A DNA stretch of 37,227 nt from Octopus bimaculoides (lineage: Eukaryota). The translations under genes and the position numbers were made by a program. The number at the start of each line of letters is the position of its first letter. Position 1 is the first letter of the stretch. The notes under the pieces are model-generated. The model ran no database searches. It was not told the DNA's origin and worked only from the letters and a program-made list of their open reading frames with translations. The DNA lies in the NCBI RefSeq assembly GCF_001194135.2, contig NC_068982.1:183409489-183446715 (forward strand). Direction: 5' to 3'. This document shows positions 32,531 to 37,227 of the stretch, piece after piece.

Positions 32531-33041
32531 ATGTAAATAGTCCAAATATCATAACTATTCAGCTGAATTGTGCTGCAACTTTCCACAGCTGTGTAAATAA
32601 GCTGGGCCTCATCTGATCATTTATATTTTTCATAAATTAGTTGCTTTTCGTTACTTTCCCTTGGCAACCAGGAGAAAGTAAAAGAAACCTTATGGATGAC
32701 ACTCTAATGAAACTCTATACTAAATCATCCAACCTGTCTCTGTGTGGTTTAACCACAGTGTCTGTTTTGACAGCGAGGCTAAATATATCTTTATCAAGCA
32801 TATGTTTATAGCTCTGGTTAAACATTTTATCTCAAATATGCCCCACTATTAATGAATGTCCCAGTTAATCTAGTGTCCCAGGTTAAATTGTGTTCTAGCA
32901 TGTTGTTCTTTGTCTCTCTTTGATATTGTGTGTAAGTGTATTTGTAAGAAAGAGAGAGATCAGTATAGTATCAACATCAGAATACCAAAGAAAGGATAAC
33001 AAAAACTGAGAGCCAACCACATATTTCATAATTAGAAATCT

Positions 33042-33244
33042 GTAAAGCGGTGAGAATTGTTAGCATGCCGGATATAATGCTTAGTGGCATGTCTTTCTGT
33101 CTCTTTACATTCTGAGTTCAAATTCCACCTAGGTCTACTTTGCCTTTCATAATCAATAAAATAAGTACCAGTTGAACACTAGGGTCAATGTAATTGACTT
33201 GCCTCCTCCCTTAAAATTGCTGGCCTCATGCCAAAATTTGAAAG
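33042..33244 (+). mobile_element. Family I SINE
   Basis: gttagcatgccgg..aatgcttag..ttctgagttcaaattccac..tttgcctttcat..aagtaccagttgaacac..gccaaaatttgaaag. Confidence 0.85.
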
Positions 33245-33337
33245 AATGATTGAAAATAATGTATATTATAATTATGTTTAAAACAAGGTAGACAACTCTA
33301 TTAGTGAAACATTTGTTTCTTTCTTATAGTTTTATAT

Positions 33338-33723
33338 GTGGAGGCGCAATGGCCCAGTGGTTAGGGCAGCGAAATCGCGGTCATAGGATCACAGTTTCGA
33401 TTCCCAGACCGGGCATTGTGAGTGTTTATTGAGCGAAAACACCTAAAGCTCCACAAGGCTCCGGCAGGGGATGGTGGCGAACCCTGCTGTACTCTTCCAC
33501 CACAACTTTCTCTCACTCTTACTTCCTGTTTCTGTTGTGCCTGTAATTCAAAGGGTCAGCCTTGTCACACTGTGTCATGCTGAGTGTCCCCGAGAACTAC
33601 GTTAAGGGTACATGTGTCTGTGGAGTGCTCAGCCACTTGCACGTTAATTTCACGAGAAGGCTGTTCCGTTGATTGGATCAACTGGAATCCTCGACGTCGT
33701 AAGCGACGGAGTGCCAACAACAA
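33338..33723 (+). mobile_element. Family B tRNA-derived SINE, young and full length, 12-bp TSD
   Basis: A-box TGGCCCAGTGG (33350-33360), B-box GTTTCGATTCCC (33394-33405), (CAA)n tail, TSD atagttttatat at 33326-33337 and 33724-33735. Confidence 0.97.
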
Positions 33724-34460
33724 ATAGTTTTATATCCATTTTCCCCAGTTTGCAAAATGGCTTGGCGTCATTTATTTGCCAGACTAATAGGTTCTACTAT
33801 TGTAGACTCCTTCCTATTGTTGGCCACTTAACTGTTAAGTAGAGAGAAATGGAATCTCAAAACTAAAAATGGGCTAAAGGAAATAGATCAAGTGGGCTAA
33901 TGGCATAAACTGAGATAAATATATGAAGGGCTGAAAAACAGAATGACATATGCAAAAAAAAAAAAATTCTTTGGTAATTGAAATTTCCCAATTTGTTGGA
34001 GAAAGAATACAAAAACCTAATAACATTTGTTAATGACTCTTGAAGAAATGGAGAGATAATTTCAAGAAATTAGGAATTTATCTCTTACACTAAATAACAT
34101 GCTTAGGAGAAAGCCTGATCTTTGTTTGCAAGCAAGGAACAACTGTGGACATGTTTCAGCCCATTAAACTTCATCAACATAGTCTACACAATTCTGTTTA
34201 ATCAGCTTACAAAGATTTTTACACGGAGAAAAAAAAATTATGAATAATCTGTGGCTAGTACAATTTGTATAATTAAGAAGAAATAAAGTGTACTAAGAGA
34301 AATGACAGATGGTATGTATTTGTATTAATGGTATGTATTTGTATAAATTGCTATATTCGATGACAAAAACATGTCTCTAAAAATTACCCTAGGCCCTCTA
34401 TGCAAAGTTGGGCCTATATTACACACTTTACTGCGCTGAAACATTTTCTTCTTGTGAAGC

Positions 34461-34777
34461 GGCAATCTGTCAGTTATGACTATGAGTGTTCCAGTTGATT
34501 CGATCAACAGAAGAAGCAGCTCGTGAAATTAACATGCAAGTGACTGAGCACTCCACAGACACGTGCACCCTAAAAGTAGTCCTCAGATTCAGCGTGATTC
34601 AGAATGTGACAAGGCTGACCCTTTGAAATACAGGCACTACTCATATTTGCCAGCTGAGTGAATTGGAGCGGTGTGAAATAAAGTGTCTTGCTTAAGGACA
34701 CAACGAGCCACCAGGAATTGAACTCATGACTTTACAATCGTGGGCTGAATACCCTAACCACTAAGCTATGTGTCTTC
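34461..34777 (-). mobile_element. Family A SINE
   Basis: Reverse complement of head + tgtgtccttaagcaagacactttatttcac + tail T1. Homologous to 6711-7029. Confidence 0.9.
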
Positions 34778-34825
34778 TTGAATATGTGCAGCTGAAATTG
34801 GGATGTGTTTAATATGACCATACAT

Positions 34826-35036
34826 AAGGCAGAGCTGGCAGAAACGTTAGCATGCCGGGCGAAATGCTTAGCAGTATTTCGTCTGTCTTTATGTTCTGAG
34901 CACAAGTTCCAGTGAGGTCAACTTTGCCTTTCATCTTTCCAGGGTCGATAAATTAAGTACCAGTTGCATACTTGGGTCAATCTAATCAACTGGCCCCTCC
35001 CCCAAAATTTCAGGCCTTGTGCCTAGAGTAGAACAG
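34826..35036 (+). mobile_element. Family I SINE with an 11-15-bp TSD
   Basis: TSD aatatgaccat(a/g)cat at 34811-34825 and 35037-35051. Confidence 0.92.
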
Positions 35037-36302
35037 AATATGACCATGCATCTTTTATGCCATCAAATACAGTTGTTAAGACTTGTACTTTTTGACAAAT
35101 CTGTTTCTCTTCTTGCTGGAGCAGTAATGTTTCAGAAACATTGACCAACGTGACAGTATACTTGGACTCGTTTAACATCAACGACTGAAGTTCACAGACA
35201 TCCTTATTCAGATTCTTATCAATTGAGTCATTACAGAAGGACAGATATTAACATATTTCTGAGAAGTTAAGATAAGAAAATAATCACGAGAAATATCATC
35301 AACAATGAAATATTACACAGCAAAATACACAGACAACTTGCAAGCGTCATTACTGAGTTGTAATTAAATATAACCTGACACTTAAAAAACAATTATCTGG
35401 CCCTACCAAAAATCTGACACCTACTGAAGTGGTTCTCAGTCTAAGTACTTAAGTAGTAAAATTTCAACTTAAGCTCTTTCTGCAAAAAAAGCATCCTGTC
35501 TCTTTATCCTATATTAGCAATTATTAACAATCAACACCTCGTATTGCCCAACCTTTATGCTGTTCACTCATGCTATTATCTTAGCTTCATTATTTCATTA
35601 TGTTTGTAACCATCCTGGCTGTTACCACTATTTATTCTATGGATCTAAATAGACAAAAATTATGATAATGCACACATGTATGGACTCTAAAATGTGGATA
35701 TTTATCCATTATTATGATCGCTATTATTCACTTCCCTCAGCAAATACACAGAAGTAGTTTGTGACTAAAAGAACCTTTGATAAACAAAGAAACTTTGAGT
35801 AAAAAAAATGTCATGAATCATCCACTGGTTCCAATAAATATATATATACTTTACATCATGTATGGAGTGCTTTTTTTCTTTTTTTTTTTTTTCATTTGCT
35901 AACAAAAACACATATATCCATATCTATATCTGGTTGACTATTTGTATGTCTATCAAACCAGATGTCGTGTTGTCAGTCTCACCCTCCAATATATATATAT
36001 TATATATGAACAGAGGGAAAGAGAGAGAGAAAGAAAGAAAGTGATGTGCAATATGTCACTTCACACAGATTTATCTGAAAAAATATCAGAGATTGTAAAG
36101 GGGGGAAGAAGTCTTAGTTACATATTAATATATACATACATACATACATACATACATACATACATACATACATANNNNNNNNNNNNNNNNNNNNNNNNNN
36201 NNNNNNNNNNNNNNNNNNNNNNNNNNNNNNNNNNNNNNNNNNNNNNNNNNNNNNNNNNNNNNNNNNNNNNNNNNNNNNNNNNNNNNNNNNNNNNNNNNNN
36301 NN

Positions 36303-36337
<35 letters not shown>

Positions 36338-36774
36338 CATATACAGCTGTCAAATCAACACATACACACATCGCTAGTATGTGTCACATGTGTATACACA
36401 TCTATATATAGAAAGTCATGTATGTTTACACACACATTCATACATATGTGCCAATAAAGTCACCAGGAGAAAATCATATACACACAGAATCTTTCCCTGG
36501 TCTTATCTTTACAAAACATCTGTTTAGGAGACCTCAATGTTAAGGTGACTCCTTTCTTCCCCACCACTTGCCAAACCTGACTCTAACCTGACCCCAGGAA
36601 TTAAAAAAAAAAACACAGCTTTATATTCTATATTTTCAGATGGCATGATAGTTGGGTGCAACAGACCTTGCTGTTGTTTCACCCCAGTCCAACTTTGATT
36701 AGGCAAACCTGCATGGTTAACCAAAGGGTTTGGTAGTTTATAAGAACCCAATCTTCATAGCTGTAAGTATGTTT

Positions 36775-37000
36775 CACACTATGATATACTTTACTATGCT
36801 GTGTTCATGACAAAGACACTTTACTCTCAACAGTCAAATCAACCAAACTGCAATTAGATTCCACAGTTTGGTACACTTTACTGGACTGTGTCCATGACAA
36901 AGACACTTTATTGTCAACAGTCCAATCAACCAAACCACAAGTAGGCTCTACAATGTGATAGACTTTACTGCCCTTGTCCATGACAAAGACATTTTACTAT
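36775..37000. repeat. 86-87-bp tandem repeat, about 2.6 copies
   Basis: catgacaaagaca at 36806, 36893 and 36979. Confidence 0.92.
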
Positions 37001-37021
37001 AAAAAAAAAACTGAGAAGGCA

Positions 37022-37059
<38 letters not shown>

Positions 37060-37227
37060 CAAATTAAAAGGGTAAAGGTTTATCAATTTATTAATTTATT
37101 AATAAATCAACAATTAATAATTTTTACCAAGCCCTTCGGTATGTAAGCACCATTATCGGTGGAGAACTTATTTAAAAGTTCTTATATATTTATAAACATA
37201 ATTAAGGGATCAGCAAAACATTTGCTT

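Noticed and set aside
33338-33410. tRNA gene-like A and B boxes
   Set aside because: No CCA-side acceptor stem closure, the sequence continues into a SINE body, and it has a TSD; it is a SINE head, not a tRNA gene.
34310-34344. ggtatgtatttgtat duplicated 20 bp apart
   Set aside because: An ordinary slippage micro-duplication.

Overview
AT-rich, repeat-dense eukaryotic DNA. The repeat families look like those of an octopod cephalopod (Octopus-like); this is inferred from remembered repeat motifs, not from a database search. Ten N-gaps (848-1211, 10907-11413, 12465-13115, 18897-18906, 22950-23002, 26545-26554, 27564-27753, 28286-28710, 30751-31069, 36175-36302) are mostly flanked by (TA)n or (GT)n. 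There is no intact long coding ORF, and most of the supplied ORFs are gap or microsatellite artefacts. The window holds about 25 tRNA-headed SINE copies from several modular families (working labels A, B, C, D, F-G, I; E and J are unclassified retroposon-like repeats), 5'-truncated RTE-clade LINE pieces, MITEs of hAT-like, piggyBac-like and pogo-like type, a degenerate ~30-bp minisatellite, an 87-bp tandem repeat and many microsatellites. Several small exon candidates on both strands suggest intronic sequence, but no product could be identified. The most interesting observations are: (1) a locus at 3.5-4.5 kb where two 97-nt exon-like duplicates are arranged so that a ~200-bp inverted repeat encloses one copy and the other lies just outside, a possible structure-controlled alternative-exon switch; (2) two degenerate hammerhead-ribozyme-like motifs; (3) two independent insertions of one SINE family at the same junction of another. 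Identities are hand estimates and repeat boundaries are approximate unless a target-site duplication (TSD) is given.
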